A DNA stretch of 64,000 nt from Patescibacteria group bacterium (GTDB lineage Bacteria > Patescibacteriota > JACPGU01), in NCBI GenBank assembly GCA_022703645.1, contig JAKLDG010000001.1:338814-402813 (forward strand), written 5' to 3'. Below the pieces are notes generated by a model. That model was given only the letters and a program-made list of their open reading frames with translations. It was not told the DNA's origin and did no database searches. Every line of letters begins with the position of its first letter. Positions within the stretch are counted from its first letter, which is position 1. The position numbers and the translations under genes were made by a program. Of this stretch, positions 1-7,160 are shown one piece after another.

Positions 1-58
1 AAGGTAAAATTGAGTTATATTTAAAAATTTAGGGAGGGCGAGAATTAAAAATAACTAA

Positions 59-125
59 CAAAGGAATCTATACAATAAAATATATAGTAGGATTTCTTTG
101 TAAAGGAGAAATTTACGAAGTACTT
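59..125 (+). promoter_or_regulatory. Recurrent leader element, copy A (stem CAAAGGAATC/GATTTCTTTG, then AAGGAG-N6-ACGAAG)
   Basis: Same layout and similar core as the copies at 40624-40695 and 59263-59340. Lies 40-60 nt upstream of the next CDS. Confidence 0.4.
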
Positions 126-166
126 GTAGGGAAATCTTCTAACGAAGATTTTGCGAAAAGTACGTA

Positions 167-601
167 GTGAATTTAGACGCCATGAATGAATTAGCAAAAA
201 GTCTTATGCTACCACAACAGTATTTTATCGCGTTTAATGTACTCTTGATTATTGCGCTTGTAATAATCCTTTTATTAAAGGGTTTAGCTCTTTGGAGATC
301 AGCAAGAAAAGGGCAAGTCGTTTGGTTCTGGATATTACTATTTGTTAACACATTGGGAATTTTAGAAATAATTTATCTTTTAATCAGCAAAGAAAAAGTT
401 GAAACGATTGATAGTGTTGAAGAATTGGATCAATTAAGCAAGAAAACAAAGAATCAAGAAATCAAAGAAGAAAAGACGGAGAAGGAAGAGAAAAAGGATG
501 GGAAAGTAGTTGAAGAGCCAAAGAAAGAAGAGATAAAAGAGAGTATAATGATTGAGCACGAAACTATTGAAGCACCACAAGAAGAGATAAAAAGCGAATA
601 A
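167..601 (+). CDS. Small membrane protein with K/E-rich C-terminal tail (DUF5652-like from memory); start may be the ATG at 182
   Basis: Two hydrophobic helices (ALVIILLLKGLALW, WFWILLFVNTLGILEIIYLL) followed by a low-complexity EEKK tail. Followed by a hairpin terminator. Confidence 0.55.
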   Translation: MNLDAMNELAKSLMLPQQYFIAFNVLLIIALVIILLLKGLALWRSARKGQVVWFWILLFVNTLGILEIIYLLISKEKVETIDSVEELDQLSKKTKNQEIKEEKTEKEEKKDGKVVEEPKKEEIKESIMIEHETIEAPQEEIKSE

Positions 602-618
602 GATTTAAAAGAATATAG

Positions 619-652
619 AAAAAACTGCTTTCATAAAAAGCAGTTTTTTTAT
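619..652 (+). terminator. Rho-independent terminator
   Basis: AAACTGCTTT-cata-AAAGCAGTTT hairpin followed by a T run. Confidence 0.7.
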
Positions 653-669
653 TTTTTAAAAATGATACA

Positions 670-1221
670 ATGAAATCAAGAAAACAAAAAATCAATAAAA
701 CAACAAATCAAATGAGCATGCAAAAATTCTTTCCAAAAGGAAACCCAAAACCAATTTATGGTAAGATTGCAGATTATGTAAAACAAGAGAAAGAAGAAAG
801 AGGCCAAAAATTTCTTACGGTTTGTCCTAAATGTGGCGCTATCCGCGAGAAGAAAAGATGGTTTTGGGATTCTGAGATAAAAGAAAGTAAACGGGTAGAG
901 CATACCGAGGTACTATGCCCTGGTTGTGAAGCGATTGAAAATGAGTGGATTGAAGGTGAAATAACCCTAAAAAACAAGGTTTTACAAGTAGTCCCTTGGC
1001 AAATTGAGGAAATGATAAATGATATCGAGGAAAAAGAAAGGCATGTAGATACAAAGAATCGGGTTGTAAAAATTAGAAAATCCAAGACCTTTTGGAAAGT
1101 GTATACTGCGAGTGTTTTTTTGGCTGAGAGAATAGGAAAGGAACTTGATCATTCTTATAATGGCAAAACTCATTTTAAGTGGTCAAAAGGGGATAAATCC
1201 CTAAATGTTATCTGGGAATAG
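670..1221 (+). CDS. Zinc-ribbon protein, possibly NMD3-like (weak call)
   Basis: CPKC...CPGC pair. Only general resemblance to the NMD3 N-terminal region, from memory. Confidence 0.35.
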   Translation: MKSRKQKINKTTNQMSMQKFFPKGNPKPIYGKIADYVKQEKEERGQKFLTVCPKCGAIREKKRWFWDSEIKESKRVEHTEVLCPGCEAIENEWIEGEITLKNKVLQVVPWQIEEMINDIEEKERHVDTKNRVVKIRKSKTFWKVYTASVFLAERIGKELDHSYNGKTHFKWSKGDKSLNVIWE

Positions 1222-1288
1222 CGAAAACCAGCAATAAATAGAGGCTCAATATACTCAGCTTTGAGTCTTTTTTTTTATGAAAAAAGTA

Positions 1289-1317
1289 TTGACATATTAT
1301 AATATTTATGATAAAAT
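1289..1317 (+). promoter_or_regulatory. Sigma70-type promoter
   Basis: TTGACA, 17-nt spacer, TAAAAT, upstream of the 1373 CDS. Confidence 0.5.
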
Positions 1318-1372
1318 TAAAGTATAAAAATAAATACCCTAAATATATATTTTGGGGATAGGAGGAATAAAT

Positions 1373-2254
1373 ATGAAAAGAAGCAACATAACAAAAAAAG
1401 TCGTTATTTTACTGGTTGCGATATCGGTCCTTTTTACTGTTTTTGGTACTTTTCCAAGTTATGCTGGAGCCGCAACTATATTGCCAAGCGATACTTTCAC
1501 GGTCGGGATATTAAATAAAGGTACTTACGGGTACCTTGGCGGAATTTCAAAGAACAGTTCAAAGTCGCTTTCTGCGCGAGTTTATAACTTTTCAACGGGT
1601 AAGATAGCTGATGACAGAAACATTACTTATAAATGGACTGCGGTTGCTCAAGACGCGTCATACAATGGAAGATTAATTTTTAATTTTACAAACCCAAATT
1701 CTCGTAATACAACTTTAAAGATCGTTGATGCCAGCAATATTGGAACAAACGCCAAAATAATCGTAACCGTTAAAGCATATAATTCAGGTGGTTTAATTGG
1801 TTCAGATAGTGGATATTTTGGTGTTTCAAAATTTACGGATAGTTATGACAAAACCCCAAAAACAATTGCCGTTCAAGTAAACAACATTGCTTATGCAAAG
1901 AATATGGTTGTGAATGTAGGTTATAAAGGAGATATCTTGATTGACGCAAGAGTTTTGAATGGTAGCTATAAAGATATGAGTTCCAACTATGACTATAGAG
2001 TTGAGATAACTAATAACCCAAAAGGGCTTGATCTCGATCCAAGAGATACAAAAACTTATGATGCAAAATTCCGAGTATATTCCGCAAATGTTCAAGACGC
2101 GCCGCTGACACTAAAAATTTATGCAGTTAGCAAGGTTGATCCATATCTATCAAAAACCAGTTATGCGTATATAAAAGTAAATGTATCTGGAGATGCTGAT
2201 ACTAAAAGAAGCATACCAAGTAAAATCAGTAAATGGTTTAAGAAAGTATTCTAA
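1373..2254 (+). CDS. Secreted hypothetical protein
   Basis: ATG at 1373 is preceded by GGAGG. N-terminal signal-like sequence MKRSNITKKVVILLVAISVLFTVFGTFPSYAGA. The ORF track begins at an upstream TTG (1352). Confidence 0.6.
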   Translation: MKRSNITKKVVILLVAISVLFTVFGTFPSYAGAATILPSDTFTVGILNKGTYGYLGGISKNSSKSLSARVYNFSTGKIADDRNITYKWTAVAQDASYNGRLIFNFTNPNSRNTTLKIVDASNIGTNAKIIVTVKAYNSGGLIGSDSGYFGVSKFTDSYDKTPKTIAVQVNNIAYAKNMVVNVGYKGDILIDARVLNGSYKDMSSNYDYRVEITNNPKGLDLDPRDTKTYDAKFRVYSANVQDAPLTLKIYAVSKVDPYLSKTSYAYIKVNVSGDADTKRSIPSKISKWFKKVF

Positions 2255-2287
2255 GATCTAGAAAAACAAGTTATATTGAAATATAAC

Positions 2288-2320
2288 AAAAAGAGTTCTA
2301 TAAGAACTCTTTTTGTTTTG
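2288..2320 (+). terminator. Rho-independent terminator
   Basis: AAAGAGTTCT-ataa-GAACTCTTT hairpin plus T run. Confidence 0.7.
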
Positions 2321-2382
2321 TGTAGATTCTGTTATAATAAGAACAATTAAACAAGAAAGAAAAAAAACAATAAAACAAGGAT

Positions 2383-3129
2383 ATGAATGAATGTAATCCG
2401 GGTTTGGTTAGATTAAATAAATTTTTATCAAAGAATAGTTTGATTTCAAGGAGAACTGCTGATAAGCTGATAATACAAGGTAAAATTACGGTAAATGGTG
2501 AAAAGATTAAAGAGCTGGGAATAAAGATTAATCCTGAAAAGGACAGTGTTTTTATTGACGGAAAAAAGATTAAAATTCAAGACGATAAAGTTTATTATAT
2601 TCTCAATAAACCTGTTGGGTATATCACAACTATGAGCGACCCAAGAGGAAGAAAAAAGGTAGTTGATCTAGTGCCGAAATACCCAAAAGTATACCCCGTA
2701 GGACGTCTTGACTATGATTCCAGTGGTCTGCTGATTCTTACAAACGATGGCGACCTAACATATAGACTAACTCATCCAAAGTTTGAAAAAGAAAAGTCTT
2801 ATGAGGTTAAATGCAGAATTATGAATTATGAATCAGGGATTATGAACGATAAAATAATTGTGGGGAAATTTTTAAAGGGAATAAGATTGAAAGAAGGGGT
2901 TGCGAAAGCAGATAATGTAAAAGTTTTAAGCCAGAAAGGCGATATAATAACATTTAATATAACACTTCATCAAGGCTGGAATAGGCAAATTAGACGCATG
3001 TGCGCTACTGTAGGTTTGGACGTGATTTCACTGAAAAGAGTAAGGATTGGTAAATTACTATTAGGAAATATAAAAGAGGGAATGTGGCAAAAAATAAATC
3101 CAAAAGACACAAAAAAGTATTTCGAATAA
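2383..3129 (+). CDS. rluB: Pseudouridine synthase, RsuA/RluB family
   Basis: N-terminal S4-like region (RLNKFLSKNSLISRRTADKLI) and catalytic motif GRLDYDSSGLLILTNDG. Confidence 0.85.
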   Translation: MNECNPGLVRLNKFLSKNSLISRRTADKLIIQGKITVNGEKIKELGIKINPEKDSVFIDGKKIKIQDDKVYYILNKPVGYITTMSDPRGRKKVVDLVPKYPKVYPVGRLDYDSSGLLILTNDGDLTYRLTHPKFEKEKSYEVKCRIMNYESGIMNDKIIVGKFLKGIRLKEGVAKADNVKVLSQKGDIITFNITLHQGWNRQIRRMCATVGLDVISLKRVRIGKLLLGNIKEGMWQKINPKDTKKYFE

Positions 3130-4070
3130 GAAAAAGATATCTGCTACTATTAACATTATTAATAGTAGGTGGTTTTTGTATTTTTTCACGCGATAAAGCT
3201 TATTCCAGCGCTTCCGCCAAGATTTTTTATGGTGAAAGTTTTATGAAAGAAAACGGTTCCGAAACAAAACTATCGTCTGTCGATAGCGTCGAAATACCAT
3301 TTCAAAAAGAGGGCGCAAATGAACATGTTGCTATAAAAGCGCAAACTTATATTGCAGCTGATCGCGCGACTATGACGCCATTACTTGAAAAAGATGCTGG
3401 AAAAAAGGTCCAAATTGCCAGTATCACAAAATTGATGACCGCCGTTATCACGGTTGAAAACTCAAAACTGGATGATGTGGTTACGATTAACAGCACATTT
3501 AAAGACGCTCCGGATGGCAGAATGGGGCTTTACGTGACAGAAAAAATTACAGTTGAGAATATTCTCAATGGTTTGCTTATCTCTTCTTCAAATGATGCTG
3601 CTGAAGCTCTCGCATATTATATCGGGAAAGGTAATTATAAGTCTTTTATTCAAATGATGAATACAAAAGCGGCTGAAATTGGGATGAGTAATACGCGTTT
3701 TTCGAACGCTATGGGACTTGATAATGGCGAAAACTACTCAACTCCACAAGACCTGGTATATCTAGCAAATTATGCTTTAAAGAATGAATTTATTGCTAAA
3801 ACAGTTAAAACTCAAGAAAAGAGAGTAAAGAATATTGAAGGAACAAGCACTCATTACCTGAAAACTACCGACGAATTGCTCGCTGATAAAGACTTTGAAT
3901 TTTTGGGTTTGAAAACCGGTTCTACACCTGAAGCGGGGGAGTGCCTTCTATCTTTTGCGAAAACAAAAAACGGTCATGAAATCATAACCGTTGTGCTTGG
4001 TTCTATGGATAGGTTCGGTGAAACCAAAGAAATTGTAAAATGGGTAGATGCAAACATTACTTGGGAATAA
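3084..4070 (+). CDS. D-alanyl-D-alanine carboxypeptidase (PBP5/6 family serine peptidase)
   Basis: SxxK (SITK), SxN (SSN) and KTG (KTGS) motifs with an N-terminal membrane anchor. GTG start overlaps the rluB end. Confidence 0.8.
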   Translation: MAKNKSKRHKKVFRIRKRYLLLLTLLIVGGFCIFSRDKAYSSASAKIFYGESFMKENGSETKLSSVDSVEIPFQKEGANEHVAIKAQTYIAADRATMTPLLEKDAGKKVQIASITKLMTAVITVENSKLDDVVTINSTFKDAPDGRMGLYVTEKITVENILNGLLISSSNDAAEALAYYIGKGNYKSFIQMMNTKAAEIGMSNTRFSNAMGLDNGENYSTPQDLVYLANYALKNEFIAKTVKTQEKRVKNIEGTSTHYLKTTDELLADKDFEFLGLKTGSTPEAGECLLSFAKTKNGHEIITVVLGSMDRFGETKEIVKWVDANITWE

Positions 4071-4434
4071 GGTTTTTCCGCAAGTTTTTCAGTATTCCTT
4101 TTATTGTCGCGGGGAGTGTAGTTTTGGTACAAGTATAGTCACAGTATCCTAATTTAAGTAGTTCTCCCCCCTTCTTTTCAAAGGATGTGGGTATAATAAT
4201 TCTTACTTTAGGGTTTTTTTCGCGGATTTTTTCAACTAATTCTTTATAACGAAATCCGCGAATAGCGTCCTTTGAGGTGTACTTCAAAACGATAATGTCA
4301 TACTTAAATTCTTCCAAAACGCTTATATCCTTATTACTTCTTTTGAAAAAGATATCATGTTCCTTTAGTGAGATTGCATAGTGGGCTCGATAATAGTCCT
4401 CTCGTTCAACAATCAAAATCCCTTTCTTTCTCAT
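4057..4434 (-). CDS. Stand-alone receiver-like domain with degenerate phospho-acceptor site
   Basis: CheY-like alternating pattern. The expected acceptor Asp position reads DIIVLKY (Lys instead of Asp). Confidence 0.5.
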   Translation of the reverse strand: MRKKGILIVEREDYYRAHYAISLKEHDIFFKRSNKDISVLEEFKYDIIVLKYTSKDAIRGFRYKELVEKIREKNPKVRIIIPTSFEKKGGELLKLGYCDYTCTKTTLPATIKGILKNLRKNLIPK

Positions 4435-4526
4435 AGATATTATACCCCCCTTGTTTTTTTTAAATGAGCATCAAATAAAAAATAAAAAACCAGCATTTTG
4501 GTTTTATTTGTGTTATGTAATTTATA

Positions 4527-5219
4527 TTACAGGTTTTCTTGCCAAATGTCAAGAGCAATCCTTGCTGCCTCCTGTTCCGCAGCTTGTTTTGAAGACCCGG
4601 TTCCATCGGCAATCTTTTTATCTTCAAGATAAACACCCATTACAAAAACTTTTGCATGGTCTGGGCCCGATTCTTTTTCAACCTTATAGATTGGTGTAAT
4701 ACCTACTTTTTCCTGGGCTATTTCCTGAAACTTCGATTTTGGATCATAGTAAAGTTCCTTTGAAATAATCTCCGGTAAATAGGGAATTAAATACTTTTTA
4801 ATAAATTTACCCGCTGCCTCATACCCTTGATCAAGATATATTGCGCCAAGTACTGCCTCAAAGGTATTAGCAAGTATTAACTCTCTTGCTTTTCCAGTAG
4901 ACCTTGATTCTCCGCGCGATAGGAGTAGGTGGCTTTCATAACCAAGTTCCTTTGCTATTTTTGAAATCATAGTTCCTCTTACCAATGCCGCGCGCCAGTT
5001 TGTCAATTCTCCTTCAGGATTTGGGTAATTATTGTATAAATAGTCTGTAACAATTAATTCCATACATGCATCGCCAAGAAATTCAAGCCTTTCATTATGA
5101 TCAAGCTTGAAATCTTTATTTTCATTCAAATAGGATCTATGTACAAAAGCCTGCTGGAGTAAATCTTGATTCTTAAATTTTATACCTATTTTCTTTTCTA
5201 TTTCATTTAAATTGCTCAT
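4527..5219 (-). CDS. rnc: Ribonuclease III
   Basis: Signature ERLEFLGDA and a C-terminal dsRBD (SSKQAAEQEAARIAL). Confidence 0.95.
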   Translation of the reverse strand: MSNLNEIEKKIGIKFKNQDLLQQAFVHRSYLNENKDFKLDHNERLEFLGDACMELIVTDYLYNNYPNPEGELTNWRAALVRGTMISKIAKELGYESHLLLSRGESRSTGKARELILANTFEAVLGAIYLDQGYEAAGKFIKKYLIPYLPEIISKELYYDPKSKFQEIAQEKVGITPIYKVEKESGPDHAKVFVMGVYLEDKKIADGTGSSKQAAEQEAARIALDIWQENL

Positions 5220-5236
5220 TTGAAATTCGCTTTGCT

Positions 5237-5295
5237 GAAATTCTAAGAAATTGAGGAAATTCTAATATCTAATTTCTCCAATTTCTTTTAATTTC
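5237..5295. repeat. AT-rich hairpin element (25-nt arms, 9-nt loop)
   Basis: GAAATTCTAAGAAATTGAGGAAATT, loop ctaatatct, AATTTCTCCAATTTCTTTTAATTTC. The arms are near-complementary. Confidence 0.6.
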
Positions 5296-5306
5296 TATTA
5301 ATTTTA

Positions 5307-6152
5307 TTATTTTAGTCTGCCGATATCTTCTACTGCCTTTTTGAATAAATCTACTAAGTTTGGATAATCTAGGTGATTCAAAACCTCTCCTTCTTCCACC
5401 CATTTAATTTCTTTAATATGAGCTTCCGGATTAATTATAGTATTTACCTGAGTAGTTCGTATAAGATAGAAGTGCACGCTTTTTTTGATAACCTCTTCGC
5501 CGCTTTTATCAGTAAATTTAATTTCGCCAACTTCACCAAGAATTTCAGCCTCAGTTATACCTGTTTCTTCTTGAATTTCTCTTACAGCTGCTTCTTGCCA
5601 AGTTTCTCCTTCTTCAACTTTACCTTTTGGAAAAGTCCATTTATCATAAGGGTTTTTGACAATTATAAAAAAGTTTTTCCCATTTTCTACGCGGTATATT
5701 ATTCCACCAGCGCTAATTATCAAGTTTTCTTCTTCATACTTACTACTTGCGCGGTAAATTGTTCCCAATACACCATTAATGAACTTACCACTGTTTTCTC
5801 CGCCAAATTCCTTACCAAGCTCCACAGCCTCATTAATAACCGCTTTTGGAGGCACTTCTGCATCATAAATCAACTCATAAATACCAATTCGCAATATAGA
5901 GCGGTCAATAGTGGCAATCTGTTCAAGAGGCCATTCGGGAGCAGTCTTTTTGATTAAGTCATTGATCTCTGATATTTTTTCCACCGTTCCTTTTATAATC
6001 TTACGGCAAAATTCCTCATCAACCTTAAAACCGGAATTTTCAATATTCCGTTTTAAAATTTCAGCAATATCTCTTTCTTCATCAAAATCCCACTCGTAAA
6101 GAGATTGTAAAACAACCATTCTTGACTGATGTCTAATAGATAGGTGAGACAT
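5307..6152 (-). CDS. nusB: NusB antitermination factor fused to a C-terminal Nudix hydrolase domain
   Basis: N-terminal ~135 aa is NusB-like (RMVVLQSLYEWDF...AVINEAVELGKEFG). The C-terminal half carries a perfect Nudix box, GKVEEGETWQEAAVREIQEETGI. Confidence 0.85.
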   Translation of the reverse strand: MSHLSIRHQSRMVVLQSLYEWDFDEERDIAEILKRNIENSGFKVDEEFCRKIIKGTVEKISEINDLIKKTAPEWPLEQIATIDRSILRIGIYELIYDAEVPPKAVINEAVELGKEFGGENSGKFINGVLGTIYRASSKYEEENLIISAGGIIYRVENGKNFFIIVKNPYDKWTFPKGKVEEGETWQEAAVREIQEETGITEAEILGEVGEIKFTDKSGEEVIKKSVHFYLIRTTQVNTIINPEAHIKEIKWVEEGEVLNHLDYPNLVDLFKKAVEDIGRLK

Positions 6153-6160
6153 TTTATTAA

Positions 6161-6373
6161 TTATTTAGTTTTTGTTTTTACTTTACCGCTAGCAATACCG
6201 GGTTTCTTCATTTGTCTGCCATTATAAGTACCGCAAACTTTACACACTTGGTGTGATATTTTTGGTGACTTACATTTTGAACAAATAGAAACGCCTGCTA
6301 ATTTTACTTTGATATTCTGCCCTCTGCGACTCGCAGTACGGGACTTACTCATACGTTTTTTGGGTTCTGCCAT
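6161..6373 (-). CDS. rpmF: 50S ribosomal protein L32
   Basis: MAEPKKRMSKSRTASRR N-terminus and a CxxC...CxxC zinc-ribbon. Confidence 0.9.
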   Translation of the reverse strand: MAEPKKRMSKSRTASRRGQNIKVKLAGVSICSKCKSPKISHQVCKVCGTYNGRQMKKPGIASGKVKTKTK

Positions 6374-6511
6374 AGCGTCAGGATCGCGTTAAACATTTCC
6401 AGCGATCTTATTCTCCTTGATTAAATTAATATTCTGTTAACTAATACATTTTACAATAAAATAAAACTTAAGTAAACCCCTTAGAATCCATTTGTATTTT
6501 ACGCTTTTAGT

Positions 6512-6546
6512 AAAAAAACCGCCTTTTGGGGCGGTTGGGGTTTTTA
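6512..6546. terminator. Hairpin terminator (A run / T run on both sides)
   Basis: AAAAAAACCGCC-tttt-GGGGCGGTTGGGGTTTTT. Confidence 0.6.
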
Positions 6547-6578
6547 ATTCCAATTTTCTCAAAACTATTTTACGTTTT

Positions 6579-7145
6579 CTAAGCTCTTTTTGCAATATTC
6601 TTAGGGTTATTCATATCCCGACCCCACGTTGATGGATTTGATTCTATATAAGAATAAATTTCATCGTAAGATTTTTCATTGCGGATAATGTGTTCATAAT
6701 AGTTGCGTTGCCAGATACGATTTTCAAATGGTATTAATATATTTTGTTTAACCCCATCAATGCATTTTTTCGTTGTTAGTGATTTAAAACGTTGAATTAT
6801 TTGCGGCAATGACAGTTGTTTTTCTGTAGGGGCAAACCCCCGTGTTTGCCCGTTTTTAATTGGGCGGACACAGGGGTCCGCCCCTACGATACAGATAATC
6901 AAATGTATATGATTTGGCATAACAGAAAATATATCTACCTCGATATTTGAATAATACTTTGGGATTTCTTCTATCGTTTGGAAAATTATTATCCCAATAT
7001 CATTCAATCTCATCCCTCCATCAACAATTTCTCCGAACAAACACCCTCTATCTTGTGTACATATTGTAATAAAATAATCTCCGGGTTCGGAATAATCATA
7101 ACCTTTTATTCGTATTGACCTTCTGTTTTTGTTTTCTTTTTACAT
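6579..7145 (-). CDS. REP-associated tyrosine transposase (RAYT / IS200-like Y1 HUH), copy 1; codon 2 is TAA
   Basis: HUH motif MPNHIHLII and Tyr motif WQRNYYEHIIRNE. The N-terminus (RRSIRIKGYDYSEPGDYFITICT) is open upstream of the track start, but the reading is ATG TAA AAA where the paralog has ATG TCA AAA. Confidence 0.7.
6826..6887. repeat. GC-rich double-hairpin palindrome (GTAGGGGC...GCCCCTAC family) inside RAYT copy 1
   Basis: GTAGGGGCAAACCCCCGTGTTTGCCCGTTTTTAATTGGGCGGACACAGGGGTCCGCCCCTAC. Encodes the VGADPCVRPIKNGQTRGFAPT loop. Confidence 0.8.
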
Positions 7146-7160
7146 TAGAACAATTGAGAA

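Noticed and set aside
4451-4699. 82-aa plus-strand ORF overlapping the 3-prime end of rnc
   Set aside because: It overlaps a confident RNase III gene on the other strand and has no SD or recognisable motif.
7140-7145. Stop-codon reassignment or recoding to explain ATG TAA at the start of RAYT copy 1
   Set aside because: TAA terminates many confident genes here, and all long housekeeping ORFs read through with the standard code. A TCA-to-TAA point mutation relative to the paralog is the simpler explanation.
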